Source of the DNA: Somniosus microcephalus
Lineage: Eukaryota
Length of the DNA: 64,000 nucleotides
Assembly: GCA_052327205.1 (NCBI GenBank)
Contig: CM126204.1
Span: forward strand, 57,350,001-57,414,000
Direction: 5' to 3'
In this document: positions 1 to 11,329 of the stretch, in pieces
Position numbering within the stretch: the stretch's first letter is position 1
Layout of the letters: each line of letters starts with the position of its first letter
The notes under the pieces: model-generated
What the model was told of the DNA's origin: nothing
Seen by the model: the letters and a program-made list of their open reading frames with translations, nothing else
The model's database searches: none
Made by a program: the position numbers and the translations under genes

Positions 1-164
1 ACGCCCAGCTCTGCTCAGCTGTATGCAGACGCTGAGCCTCGGGGGCCATCCAGAAAGAGGGTGATACTGGAGGTGCAGCAAGAAGTGCAGGAGGCTTTGA
101 CAGGTTTTGTGACCGCGATGACTGAAAATGTCCAGAGAATGGAGGAGTCCATCACGAACATAAG
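1..164 (+). pseudogene. Harbinger Myb/SANT-partner gene, last-exon fragment 5' of the Gypsy insertion
   Basis: Reads ...VQEALTGFVTAMTENVQRMEESITNI, similar to LSAMVRSMEESASNI in the Harbinger gene at 54325-54588. The frame continues across the Gypsy TSD. Confidence 0.7.
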
Positions 165-357
165 TGTTGTGTCCGTGTATAATAAGACACAGACAGCAGG
201 AGAACGGTACAACAGGTGTTTACTCAACGTGGCTCACACTGGAACTGAACCTGTACAGATTACTACTCAGTGCTATATACAGGTGTGGTCACTGCCGGTA
301 CTGCAGTATACATGAGCTGTAAAAGATAGTTCCCCCCTTAAAGGTATATACATTACA
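165..357 (-). repeat. 3' LTR of Gypsy A
   Basis: TGTTGTGTCC...CATTACA; about 5 substitutions versus 5014-5206. Adjacent polypurine tract at 358-371 (minus strand AAAAGGGGAGGAAT). Confidence 0.96.
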
Positions 358-466
358 ATTCCTCCCCTTTTAGATTAACAGTACCATAACACTCATTTAA
401 CAATTAAATATCAAACTAATTACAATTAAAACTTTTAACATGCAACATTAGCTGAAAATAGTCTAT

Positions 467-3400
467 TTATATATTCAGTCTTTGGGGAGGCTTCCTGATC
501 CTTTCTGGATAGCGCCATTCCCGAGTGTCTTGCTCTTGGTGCGGAGGCGATTCTGGCCCCCTGTCGTCGGTTGGTTCATCAGCTTCCGATGCTACTGTTT
601 CTGGGGTAGATGCGACCTGTACGTCGGGTTCATCACCAGGTACGTATGGGCGAGGCATGGGGCTGACTTGTTCCTGTGACTCTAGGATCTGGTCAGCATG
701 GCATCTCACGATGCTCTCCCCAACGTCCACTGTGTACATTAGTGGGCCCTGCCGTGTGCATATCGTTCCTGGCTGCCATTTTTCTGTTCGGTAGTCGCGG
801 GTCAAGACTGGTTGTCCTACATTGAAGCTCCTTGTTGGCTTCTCATGGATGTGCTGGAATTGCTTACTCTCAAAATCTCTTCGTACGTTTGGTCTGAGCA
901 AATCCAGGCGAGATCTTAACCTTCGGTTAAAGAACATCATGGCTGGGGCCTGGTTGGTGACTGCATGTGTCGCATTCTGGTAGGCGAACAGGAAATTGTC
1001 CACCTTGTGCTGCAGCGGAATGTTGTCATTGTACATAGCCTTTATTGCCTTCTTAAAGGTTTGTACGAACCTCTCAGCCAATCCATTTGTGGCTGGATGA
1101 TACGGGGCGGATGTGTAATGCCTTACCCCATTCTTTTTCAAGAACCTCCGGAACTCTTCGGACACAAACTGTGGTCCGTTGTCGGAGCAAATCTGTTCTG
1201 GCAAGCCATTCCTGGCAAAAATGGTCCGTAGGACTGCAATAGTTTTCTCAGTGGTGGTGGAGGACATTTTGATGACCTCAGGCCATTTCGAGTGCGCATC
1301 CACGGCTATTAAAAACATTGAGTCCATGAATGGACCAGCAAAATCAATATGCACCCGTTGCCATGGAGAGGAGGGCCACTCCCATGGGTGTAGAGGGGCC
1401 TGTGGTGGTGCATTTTGGACTTTCTGGCATCCTGAGCAGCTCTTGGTCAGGTCCTCAATTTGTTTATCGATTCCCGGCCACCACACATAAGCCCTGGCTA
1501 GGCTTTCCATTTTTACCCCTCCCAGATGACCCTCATGAAGCTCATTGAGCACTCTATCCCTTAACTTGGGTAGAATTACCACTCGGGATCCACACATCAA
1601 GGTCCCCCGGCACACTGACAGCTGTTCTCTCCTTGTCGAGAATGCTGGCAACAGTGAGTCGCCATGTGCTGGCCATCCCTTCACCGTCAAATCATATACC
1701 CGAGACAGTGTCGGGTCATTTCGGGTTTCCTTTTCGATACAAGCGTTAGTTACCGGCAGGTATTCAACTATAGTCGAATGGAATATTTCGACAGGATCCA
1801 CTGCTGATGCTTCCTCCGCAGTAGGCAGTGGCAGGCGTGATAGCCCATCAGCATTTCCATGCTGTTTCGTGCCCTTATATTCAATCTCATAGTGGTGCGC
1901 CCCTAGAAAAAGTGACCATCTTTGTAGTCGTTGCGCAGTCATCACCGGAACGCCCTTCTTTGGATTAAAAATGGAGACAAGAGGCTGGTGATCAGTCAGC
2001 AAGGTGAATTTCTGCCCGTGCAGATAGTGATTGTACTTTTTCACTCCCCACACTAGGCTGAGGGCCTCCCTGTCAATCTCGGCATAGTTACGCTCGGCTG
2101 AGGTTAGTGATCGTGACGCAAAGGCTATTGGCCTCTCTGAGCCGTCCGAGAATTTATGCGACAGCACCGCTCCAATGCCGTAGGGTGACGCATCACATGC
2201 CAACCGAATTGGTAATGCTGGGTTGTAATGGGCCAATACCTCTTTCGATGTGATTAGTGTTTTGCTCTTCTGGAAAGCTCGTCTACATTCGTCACTCCAC
2301 TTCCATGGCACTCCAGTTTGCAGTAGGGTGTTCAGTGGGTGTAGTATTGTAGACAAATTTGGCAAGAACTTATGGTAGTAGTTTACCAGCCCGAGGAACG
2401 ACCTCAGTTGTGACACATTTTCCGGTGCTGGAGCCTTGACTACTGCCTCAATCTTCTCTGGGGACTTATGTAACCCCTCTTTATCGATAATGTGGCCACA
2501 ATACGAGATCTGTTTTCTAAAAAACTCGCATTTGGGGCGGTTAGCTCGGAGCCCATATTCCTGCAATCTAGTGAGCACCTGCTCCAGGTTGGCAAGGTGA
2601 TCACTGTCATTTTCGCCCGTGACCAGGATGTCGTCCAAATAACACTGGGTCCCTGGGATCCCTTGCAGGACTTGTTCCATTGCCCTCTGCCAAATAGCCG
2701 GAGCTGATGCTACCCTGAATACCAGCCGGTTGTATTGGTAGAGACCTTTATGGGTGTTGATTGTGAGGTATTTTTTTGATGCTTCTTCTACCTCCATTTA
2801 CAGATATGCCTGGGCCAGATCAATCTTAGTGAAGCGTTTCCCTCCAGATAGCGAGGCGAAAATATCTTCAATCCGCGGAAGTGGATATTGTACGGTGTGA
2901 AGGACCGGGTTCACTGTTACCTTAAAGTCCCCACAGATGCGAACCTTCTTTGGTTCCCCAGGCGTGCTGCTCAACTACTTTTTCATCACAGGGACGATGG
3001 GTGTAGCCCACTCGCTCCAGTCTACCTTGGACAGTACACCTGAACGTTCCAGACTCTCCAGCTCTGCTTCGACGGCTGGGCGGATCGCATAAGGTACCGG
3101 TCTGGCCTTAAAAAATTTTGGGCTTGCGTTTTCTTCAATTTTAATCGTCGCTGTCATGCCTTTTAGTGTTCTGAGTCCTTGCTGGAACACTTCTTTCGCG
3201 TCAGTTAGGATCTTTGACAGTCGCCCAGGTGTGACGTCGTCATCCTTTTTGTCAGCCAAAGTCAGTGCCTGTATGGAGTGCCAATCCAGTTGTATTTTCC
3301 GGATCCATTCACGTCCCAGTAATGGTGGTCCTCCATCTTGCAATACATACAGGTCTAGTTTTGGTGTTTCCTTACCGTTATATATAACGGTCACCCTTAT

Positions 3401-4420
3401 TTTTCCTTTGGGGTAGACTTTTTGCCCCGTGTATGTCTTCAAAATAATTTTTGTGTCTCTCAAGGGTATGTGTGAGAATAGCCGCTCGTAGTCCCGTCGG
3501 TTTATGACTGTTAGGGCTGATCCTGTGTCCAATTCCATCTTTGCCTGGACTCCTGCTATCTTGAGAGTGACCCAAATGGTTCGGTGATCCTCCGTTGTGA
3601 TCACATTATGTAGTTTCAGACAACTCAGTTCCCTGCTTTCGGAGTCGTTATCACTCTTTTGTTTGTCTGAACTATTCTCCGTCATCTTATGTACCTTCTT
3701 GTACTTTTCTTTGGTAGGTTTCTTATTGCTGGTTTTCTTTCCTGACCTGCAGAGTCGTGCTATGTGTCCTACTTTTCCACACTGTCTGCACACTTTGTCT
3801 TTGAACCAGCAATCATTCTGGTCGTGTGTTGTTCTGCCGCAGCGATAGCACTTCTCTGTTCCATATGACATTTCGTTTGTGCCATATTCTTGCGGTCTCT
3901 GTTGTATCTCTGCAGCGCCCCGTGCTGCTGCTTCATATGATACCGCAATGCTGAAAGCCTTTTCCAGCGTAAGGTCCTTTTCAGATAAAAGCCGTTTCTG
4001 GGTTCCTTCACTTTGAAGCCCACACACAAAATTGTCCCTTAAGGTATCTGCCAGTCCTGCTACAAACTGGCAGTGTTTCGATAGTTTGCGCAGTTCTGTT
4101 GAATAATTAGCATTGCTTTCATCCTTATGCTGGTTCCGTTTGTGAAACTTGAATCTTTCTGCTATCAGCAGTGGTGTGGGGTTTAAATGTTCCTTTAGTA
4201 TCGTTACTATGTCTTCAAAACTCTTTTCCATTGGCTTCGTTGGGGTTACTAGATTTCGTAATAAACCATACGTCTTTGCACCCATTAAATTTAACAATAC
4301 CGACGCTTTCTTGTCATCTGACACCTCATTTGCCTTGCAGTGTACCTCTATTCGTTCGACATATGTAGTCCAATCTTCGACTTCATTGTCAAATGCGGTG
4401 ATACTGCCACTCTTTGGCAT
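467..4420 (-). pseudogene. Gypsy A single-frame gag-pol with two nonsense codons
   Basis: ORFs 2975-4420 and 467-2797 share a frame, split by TAG (2975-2977) and TAA (2798-2800). Two CCHC knuckles (CYRCGRTTHDQNDC, CRQCGKVGHIARLC), protease LDTGS, RT YLDD, RNase H CDAS, integrase zinc finger and DDE core (HIDFAGP, SDNG, NGLAERF). Confidence 0.95.
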
Positions 4421-5000
4421 TTTGGGTGTGGTTTAAAATGGCGTCTCCCAATGGCTTAAAATGGCATCTCCCGCGCTTTCCTTCCTCCCCTGCTGCTGCC
4501 AACGCCGCTCCCGGCGGTTCTCGTGGCAATGGCGGCGCCCTGTAGGTTTCGCGCGCTTCTCCTGCGCTGCTGCCAACGCCGCTCTCGGCGGTCCTCGTGG
4601 CAATGGCGGCGCCTCGCGGGTTTCTGTGCGTCTCTCTCTCCCTCTCTTCGACGCTGCTCGGCCCCTGAACACCGGCTGCGCCCTGTGCGCTCTGCCCTCT
4701 CTCTCTCTCCCCCGTCGACGCTGCTCGGCCCTTTGCTGTGCCGCTCGGTCGGGCTCTAGCCCGCCGCTGTCCGGGAAGGGTCTGCGCACTACCTGTTGCC
4801 AGCCTGTTTCGCTGGACCACCTCGACTGGAAAGCCAAGCCTGGCTCTCGACAGCCTCCCCTGCAATTCTCAAGTCTCTGCTGGATGACTGGGCGGTTGCC
4901 CGTGGTCGATGCCCGAGTCTCTGGCCTTGACCTCCAATCCACTGATCTCCAGGAACAAATCCCCGGGAGGTGATGCAGAGTTGCAGGTAGGTTCGAACTT

Positions 5001-5013
5001 GCCTTGTCGCCAA
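5001..5013 (-). promoter_or_regulatory. primer-binding site of Gypsy A
   Basis: TTGGCGACAAGGC immediately inside the 5' LTR; the TGG complements the tRNA CCA end. Confidence 0.8.
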
Positions 5014-5206
5014 TGTTGTGTCCGTGTATAATAAGACACAGACTGCAGGAGAACGGTACAACAGGTGTTTACTCAACGTGGCTCACACTGGAACTGAATC
5101 TGTAGAGATTACTACTCAGTGCTTTATACAGGTGTGGTCACTGCCGGTACTGCAGTATACATGAGCTGTAAAAGATAGTTCCCCCCTTAAAGGTATATAC
5201 ATCACA
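5014..5206 (-). repeat. 5' LTR of Gypsy A
   Basis: Direct repeat of 165-357. Confidence 0.96.
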
Positions 5207-5760
5207 ATGAGCACCACCATGTTGCAGATGATGGCGACTGTAGGCTCTTTCATGGAAAGGATGGCCACCTGCATGGAGCAGCTAATGCGCCACTCACAGA
5301 AGCACATGGTCTCTATAGAGGACAGAGGCTCATAGACCTCCTCTCTAGAAGGGATGTCATTGTAGACTTGGGTCCTCATGGCCCCACTGATGTGCAGTAA
5401 GGTGCTCTCCAGCTCCTTGCTAGCAGGGAAGTTCAGGTGGCCCATGAGAGGGATGATGGTGAGAGGGGACATTGAAGTGGAGGCTCCTCTCATAGCACTC
5501 ACACTTCTCCCCCATTGCCTCCCCCTTAGTCAGAGTCCCAGATGCCTCCTGGGATCGCGATAGCCCAGTCTGTCCCTGCACAGTCACAGGAGGAGCAGAC
5601 TTTGCTGGGGCCATCAGAGGCTCCAAAACCCAGAGGACATCCACCAAAAGTGTCTATGCAGTTGCAGCAGGGAAGTGAGCAGCCTGCCTCTACCTCCGCT
5701 GAAGCCACAGGGGTTGCACCTCCTAGAAGCACGCGTAAAAGAAACATGACACAGAAGTAG
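5207..5760 (+). pseudogene. Harbinger A Myb/SANT-partner gene, remainder of last exon (degenerate)
   Basis: Continues the frame of 1-164 as STTMLQMMATVGSFMERMATCMEQ... and ends ...GVAPPRSTRKRNMTQK*, like GPTLRRSTGVGK at the end of the Harbinger B gene. Stops and frameshifts present. Confidence 0.65.
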
Positions 5761-6069
5761 ATGCACAAAGGTAAGCACATGGGTGCTGAAAGAAGTGTTT
5801 TTGTTTAGGTTTTGTTACTGTTATGTCACAGATAAAACTTTATTTTCACCACTTTCCAGTCATGCCCATTTTTGTCAGCTACTTTGGAAGTGGCTTAGTG
5901 AGTTGGAGTGAATGGTCAGACATAACATTACCTCCATCAATGGGGGTCAGTATGAAAGGAATGGCTTGGTCATTGTAGGGATGCTTTATGGTGTTGTTGC
6001 GGGGGGCAGGAGTGGGGGGAGGGTGAACCTGGCACAGCATGTGGCAGCCATATGGGTGTAATGCAGGAA

Positions 6070-7261
6070 GTAAAGTAAATCTGGCCATGATGAGGCCATC
6101 CCTGGCCTCCTGGGCAGCAATGTGTTCGGGCGCTGGTGGCATCTGGACCTCAAGTTCCTGCTCCTCCTCCTCCTTGTCTTCCAACTGATGAGGCTGTGCA
6201 TTCTGCGCCTCGCTCCTCATGCAGCGCTAATCCTCGCGCCAATCCTTGTTGCTGCGCTATGCTGTGCAGCGCGCAGCAGACAACGATGATTCTGGATACC
6301 CTGGCTGGTGCATACTGAAGGGCTCCTCCAGATCTGTCAAGGCATCTGAAGTGCATTTTCAGCATGCCTATTATTTGCTCTATGACACATCTGGTCGACA
6401 CGTGGCTTACATTATATCTCTCCTCGGCCTCAGTACTTGGCCTCCTCAAGGGTATCATGAGCCACGTCTTCAGTGGATAACCCTTGTCTCCAAGCAGCCA
6501 GCTGGAAAGTATGTTTGGCGGTGCGAAGAGCTGATGGAAGGTAGACTGGTGCAGTATGAAAGAGTCATGACAGCTGCCGGGGAATCTGGTGCACACATGC
6601 ATGATCATCTTCCTATGGTTGCAGACCAGCTGCACATTGAGGGAGTGGAAGTCCTTGCGGTTGACAAACACTCCTGGGTGATGGTGGGTTGCCCTGATGG
6701 CCACGTGTGCAGTTGATGACACCCTGTACCCGTGGGAAGTCAGCCAGAGCCGCAAAGCCAAGTGGCCACTCAGTCACACTGGCTTCATCAGTGGCAAAGT
6801 TGATATAATTGGCTGACTTGTCAAACAGGGCATTGGTGACCCGTGTGATGCATCTGTGGATGGCTGACTGTGAGATGCCGCAAATGTCTGCTGTAAATCC
6901 CTGGAAGGAGTCTGAGGTGAAGAAGTTGAGGATGCATGTGACTTTGACAATCACTGGTAAGGTGTGTCCACCAGGTCCTCTAGGCAGCAGGTGTGTTCCA
7001 GCAAGCTACAAATGTCTGCAATGACCTGGCGTGATAGCCTAAGCCTCCTTTGGCACTGCTGCTCAGTCATGTTGAGGAAGCTCATCCTTTGCCTGTATAC
7101 CCTGTGTTGTGGGTATTGCCTCCAACACGATCTTGCCCTGCACTGATGCCCTCTGTCCTGTGGAGCATCAGGTCATTGAGGAGAAGGTTTGTGGTGTTGC
7201 TGTTGCTGCCTCTGGCGTTAGGGCTCATCGTGGTCTGATTCTGAGTATAAACGGCACCCAT
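6070..7261 (-). pseudogene. HARBI1-like DDE transposase of Harbinger A (frameshifted)
   Basis: Motifs [69 protein letters not shown] and acidic C-terminus, spread over ORFs 6613-6954, 6150-6761 and 5879-6220. Probable ATG (MGAV) at 7261. Confidence 0.92.
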
Positions 7262-7309
7262 GCTGATGTAATAGATGGCAGGTCAAGTAGAGATCAGAGA
7301 AGAAATCTG

Positions 7310-7683
7310 TCAATGGTGTGATACCATCGCCAAATCCCCCCACCATCAACATCCTGGAGGTCACCATTGACCAAAAACTTAACTGGACCAGCTACATAAA
7401 TACTGTGGCAACAAGAGCAGGTCAGAGGTTGGTATTCTGCAGTGAGTGTCTCACATCCTGACTCCCCAAAGCCTTTCCACCATCTACAAGGCACAAGTAA
7501 GGAGTGTGATGGAATACTCTCCACTTGCCTGGATGAATGCAGCTCCAACAACACTCAAGAAGCTCGACAGCATCCAACCCGTTTCATTGGCACCCCATCC
7601 ACCAGCTTAAACATTCACTCCTCCACCACTGGCGTACTGTGGCTGCAGTGTGTACCATCTACAAGATGCACTGCAGCAACTCG
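7310..7683 (+). mobile_element. CR1/L2-group LINE fragment (family B, Crack/Daphne-like), left part
   Basis: Encodes PTINILEVTIDQKLNWTSYINTVATRAGQRL and STIYKAQVRSVMEYSPLAW; same family as 29800-30812 and 44823-48430. Cut by an LTR insertion at CTCG. Clade name tentative. Confidence 0.85.
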
Positions 7684-8904
7684 TGTAGAAAAGTGGGGGG
7701 AGAAGTTTAGGTGGGGAAGGTGGGGTGTGATTTTGGTTGCCCCTGGGGTTTGTCTCTGGCCAGTCAGAAGTATCTGAGCTGCTTCAGGCCCCGTGCGGTT
7801 TCGAATCGCTCCCCTTTCTGGTTCTGACCGCCGGACTTATTTCAGTGGCGATGTAGACAAAACGAGACTCGTGGTTGGGTGCAAAGAAGATCAGTATTTA
7901 TTGAAATAAAGAATAAATTGAAAATAATGATGAATACAGCACACTTTTACTTAATACAGCACACCTTTGCTTAATACAGCACACTTTTGCTTAATACAGC
8001 ACACTTTTACTTAATACAGCACACTTTTGCTTAATGGGGAGGAGAAACGGACACATCGAGGGAAAATTGACTAAAATTACAATTTAACAAAATTCCCCTT
8101 TAATTCCCACCCCTTATACCTATCTAGGTTGCCTTGTAATGGGTCAGAAAGCTTATGCTCACCAGTGAACACCTGCTCCGTGCCCCTGCGGTCTGTCTTA
8201 GATTCTTCACCGCCCCAAAGTAGAGAGAACCCAGTAATTCAAAAGTAACTGCTGGTATTCCACTTCTTTGGGCGGGCTGTTGAGCTGTTCCTCTTGTAGG
8301 CAGGGCATCGGAAGCAAGGCGGCAGAGAGAGAGAGAATGGCTTCCTGAGGGGCTATCTTTATACCCCATTGGGAGCTGTTATCTTCGCGCCCAAATCTGG
8401 ATGTATCTGGGCTATAAAAAAGGGACCGATCTGTCCCCATTGACTGTAATGGGTTTGAATGTGTTTCCCATTTGTTTAAACTGGTTTGTGCTCAGTTTAA
8501 AATGTCTCAAGTGCTGGACAAACAAATCCTTAAGTGTTCAGTCAACAGCACTCAAGTGCTTTGTAAACAATCCATTGTCCTGTGGTCACCGCCCAACCGC
8601 AACTGATTGACAGCTTCAAGTGCTTAAGCCCTTGAGTCAACATTGTAGAGAGCTCGTGTAAACAAACAATCCTTTTGTTCCTCTGTTGAACTTCCTAAAC
8701 CGCAGTTGATTGACAGTTTAAGTACCTCAAGTACTTCAGTCAGTGATGGAAGATGTTCAGACAGGCTGCCTTTGTCTTCTGCCACGAGGCCTGACAGCCA
8801 TTTTTGATGCCCTGGGTTTTTAAGGTACATTCCAACCAGGTTTTCTTTTAATCAAATAATCTTCGAGGGCTGCAGAAATTTCCAAAATTTGGGGAAACCT
8901 TACA
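7684..8904 (-). repeat. 3' LTR of the retrovirus-like element
   Basis: TGTAGAAA...CTTACA, highly similar to 15719-16956. Confidence 0.95.
7933..8032. repeat. 20-bp minisatellite x5 inside the LTR (AATACAGCACACTTTTRCTT)
   Basis: Directly visible tandem array; six copies in the partner LTR (15965-16084). Confidence 0.95.
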
Positions 8905-9095
8905 GTCCTCCCTAGGATACTAAAACTTGCTTGTAGTATCCTGTTCAAAGGTGAGCAATAATTTCTGACACCCCACAAACAATCTTCCCTTATACTTATC
9001 TATATCTATCTTTGATCCCGCGACACCTCCATCTCCCCTACCCAGAGAGAATTGCAGTACACGGTAGGCATCTATCGACAGAAAAACATGATTAG

Positions 9096-9192
9096 TTACA
9101 ATAATTCAAACATGGAGGGGGTCCAATGCCCCTGCACCACTGAGTATTTACAATAATTCAAGCATGGAGGGGTCCAATGCCCCCGCACCACT
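9096..9192. repeat. about 51-bp tandem duplication in the 3' untranslated region of the LTR element
   Basis: TTACAATAATTCAARCATGGAGGGG(G)TCCAATGCCCCYGCACCACT occurs twice. Confidence 0.85.
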
Positions 9193-9887
9193 TGTGACAT
9201 AGTTTTAACATGATACAACATCTTTAATAGAATTACCACCAAGCCAAAACATATCTGTTAAAAATGCAAATGGAAGAAAACGAGCTTCGTTTTTTTATAA
9301 TGCAATTGTCTGACACTTTAATAAATGGCACCATTCTTCAGCCATAAATGTATTTCAAACTTCCACAATCTACGAACACAACAATTCACAAGCATATGCA
9401 ATTTGTTCAATTGACTCTAAACAAGTAGTACAATCTCACAGTTAGGAACTAAATTCGCACATTATTTCCTTTGGAGTTGGGACCAGTACATAATACAAAA
9501 TATAAAATAATTAACAAGCTTTTTGTAAACTCTTAATCTTAATCTGGATTTCCAATAACAGTTTAATTGCTGTGGGCATCTGCCTCCTGCAGACCCCTCC
9601 CTCGTGGGCTAGGGGTGCTCCCTTCCCCGAGCATCCAAAGACACGATGGTCCTCTGCACCTCCCGAAACTCTGAAAAAGACTTTAAAAAACATCTAGCCA
9701 GGTTCCCTGGCTCGGGGGAATGTGATCGGGTCCCGCGACCTCGGCTCACATAGACAACATTCTGGAACGGTACCATACTTAAACCTTATACTCTAATAAT
9801 TAACACTACCGAATTGCAATATAAGATTAAAATTAACACATTCTAACTTAATCCTCTATACACGTTACTTGTCTCTGGGCAGCCAGC

Positions 9888-11144
9888 CTAATCCCTGTCT
9901 GGACTGTTGCAGGCTTCTCCCTGCGGCGTGGCAGGACTGGTCCCAACTTCGCGTCCCTCGCAGCTTATGGCTGCTGGTTGGGGACTTCTGTCTTTTGGCT
10001 TTTCCCTGACTCGGGAGGCCGCCCTATTCCGCTGGAAAGTGGGTGACCATACTTTCTTGGGCTGGGGTACCCAAAGAGACCTCCTAGGGAGTGTCGCTGG
10101 TGGGGCTACCCTGGCGAATGGACCCTTAGCTCGGGTCACACTCCTTGCTGGCTGGGGACCTTCTCCCTTGGGTCCCTCCCTTCCCAAACCTGGGCTGGGG
10201 ACAGGCAATCCCATGCCACCGGCTGCCGATGGCTGAGAGTCTTCCCCTTCAGGTCTAAAACCTGGTTCAGGCTCCTCCCCGGAGTCCCACAAGAGAGGGG
10301 GAATCGCTCGGGCCAAGTGCTGGGGAACTTCTCCCTTCACGCATGCGACTGCGCCTGCATGTGCAGTCTGTGTGAGTGTACGCACTGCAGGCTGAGGATT
10401 ACTAATCTCAGGTACAATCCCAGCTGCCTGTTTCCCTGCCTCCGGCTTAAACAATTTGCATTGTTTAATATAACTAGCAGCCTGCCAGTAGCTCTGTTCT
10501 GAACCCTCTTCCCTTACCAGGGCGGCCTTAAAGGCGGAATCTTGGGCTTGGACCTGCTTTTGGTCTGGGGCCAAAGCTATCCCCTGTGTGCCTCCCTTGT
10601 CCTGGATTGCTGCTACTGGACCTGCTCTACAGGGGTCCCAGAGCTTTCCTTCCCTGTCCCCCTGCTTAAACAACTTACACTGGTCATGAATGGTTCCTCC
10701 CCTAACACAAGCCACAGCGCCTGCCTGTGCAGCCTGTGAGCTTGTACCCGCTGCAGGCTAAGGATTTCTGACCTCGGGTTCACTCCCAGCTGCTCGTTTC
10801 CCTGCCTCCGGCTTAAACAACTTGCATTGTTTAATATAACTAGCAGCCTGCCAGTAACCCTGTTCTAACTCCTTTCTCCTTACCAGGGCGGCCTTAAAGG
10901 CAGAATCTTGGGCTTGGACCCGCTTTTGGTCCAGGGCCAAAGCTATCCCCTGTGTGCCTCCCTTGTCCTGGATTGCTGCTACCGGACCTGATCTACAGGG
11001 GTCCCAGAACTCTCCTTCCCTGTCCCCCTGCATGGCCACCTCATTGGCCTTGTGGTTACCCTCCCACGTGGTATGGAGGGATCCTAAACCTATGGCCAAA
11101 GGTTTTGACCTTTCCCTAGCCTGCTCGTTCCCTGTGGATCCCAT
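9888..11144 (-). pseudogene. Repeat-expanded Pro/Ala/Gly-rich ORF following the protease, in place of RT
   Basis: ORFs 10758-11144 and 9888-10715 share a frame, separated by one TAG where the other repeat copy has CAG. Contains a duplication with about 366-bp period (10351-10665 vs 10717-11031). No RT motifs. Confidence 0.6.
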
Positions 11145-11329
11145 TAAGCTAAATGGGACCTTGTTGACCGGGGTGAATTGGTCAGGTCCTCCGAATGGAC
11201 CACCGTGCTGGAAGCTCCAGTGTCCACCGAATATCTCCCCTGCACCGTCTTCACCTCCATCTTAACATAGGGCCTGCTTCCCTCAGCATTTTTGCGGGGA
11301 CACAGGTCGACAGGCTGCGCTGGCTCTAG
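11050..11329 (-). pseudogene. retropepsin-type aspartic protease, in frame after the gag stop, then frameshifted
   Basis: Reads LEPAQPVDLCPRKNAEGSRPYVKMEVKTVQGRYSVDTGASSTVVHSED (DTGAS at 11210-11224). A probable second half, PFSLMGSTGNEQARERSKPLAIGLG, lies in a shifted frame. Confidence 0.8.

Larger units (their letters stand above)
165..5206 (-). mobile_element. Ty3/Gypsy LTR retrotransposon A, full length
   Basis: Two 193-bp TG...CA LTRs; 5-bp TSD ATAAG (160-164) / ATGAG (5207-5211); PBS and PPT present; gag-PR-RT-RH-IN domain order. Confidence 0.97.

Noticed and set aside
4389-4973. 150-170 aa ORFs upstream of Gypsy A gag
   Set aside because: Low-complexity Arg/Ala/Gly translations of a GC-rich leader, open in several frames.
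7933-8032. 20-bp repeat array as a CRISPR-like locus
   Set aside because: Units are head-to-tail with no spacers, lie inside an LTR, and there are no cas genes; the DNA is eukaryotic.
8905-9880. env gene of the retrovirus-like element
   Set aside because: No long ORF, signal peptide, furin site or transmembrane segment is visible; the region is AT-rich and appears non-coding.
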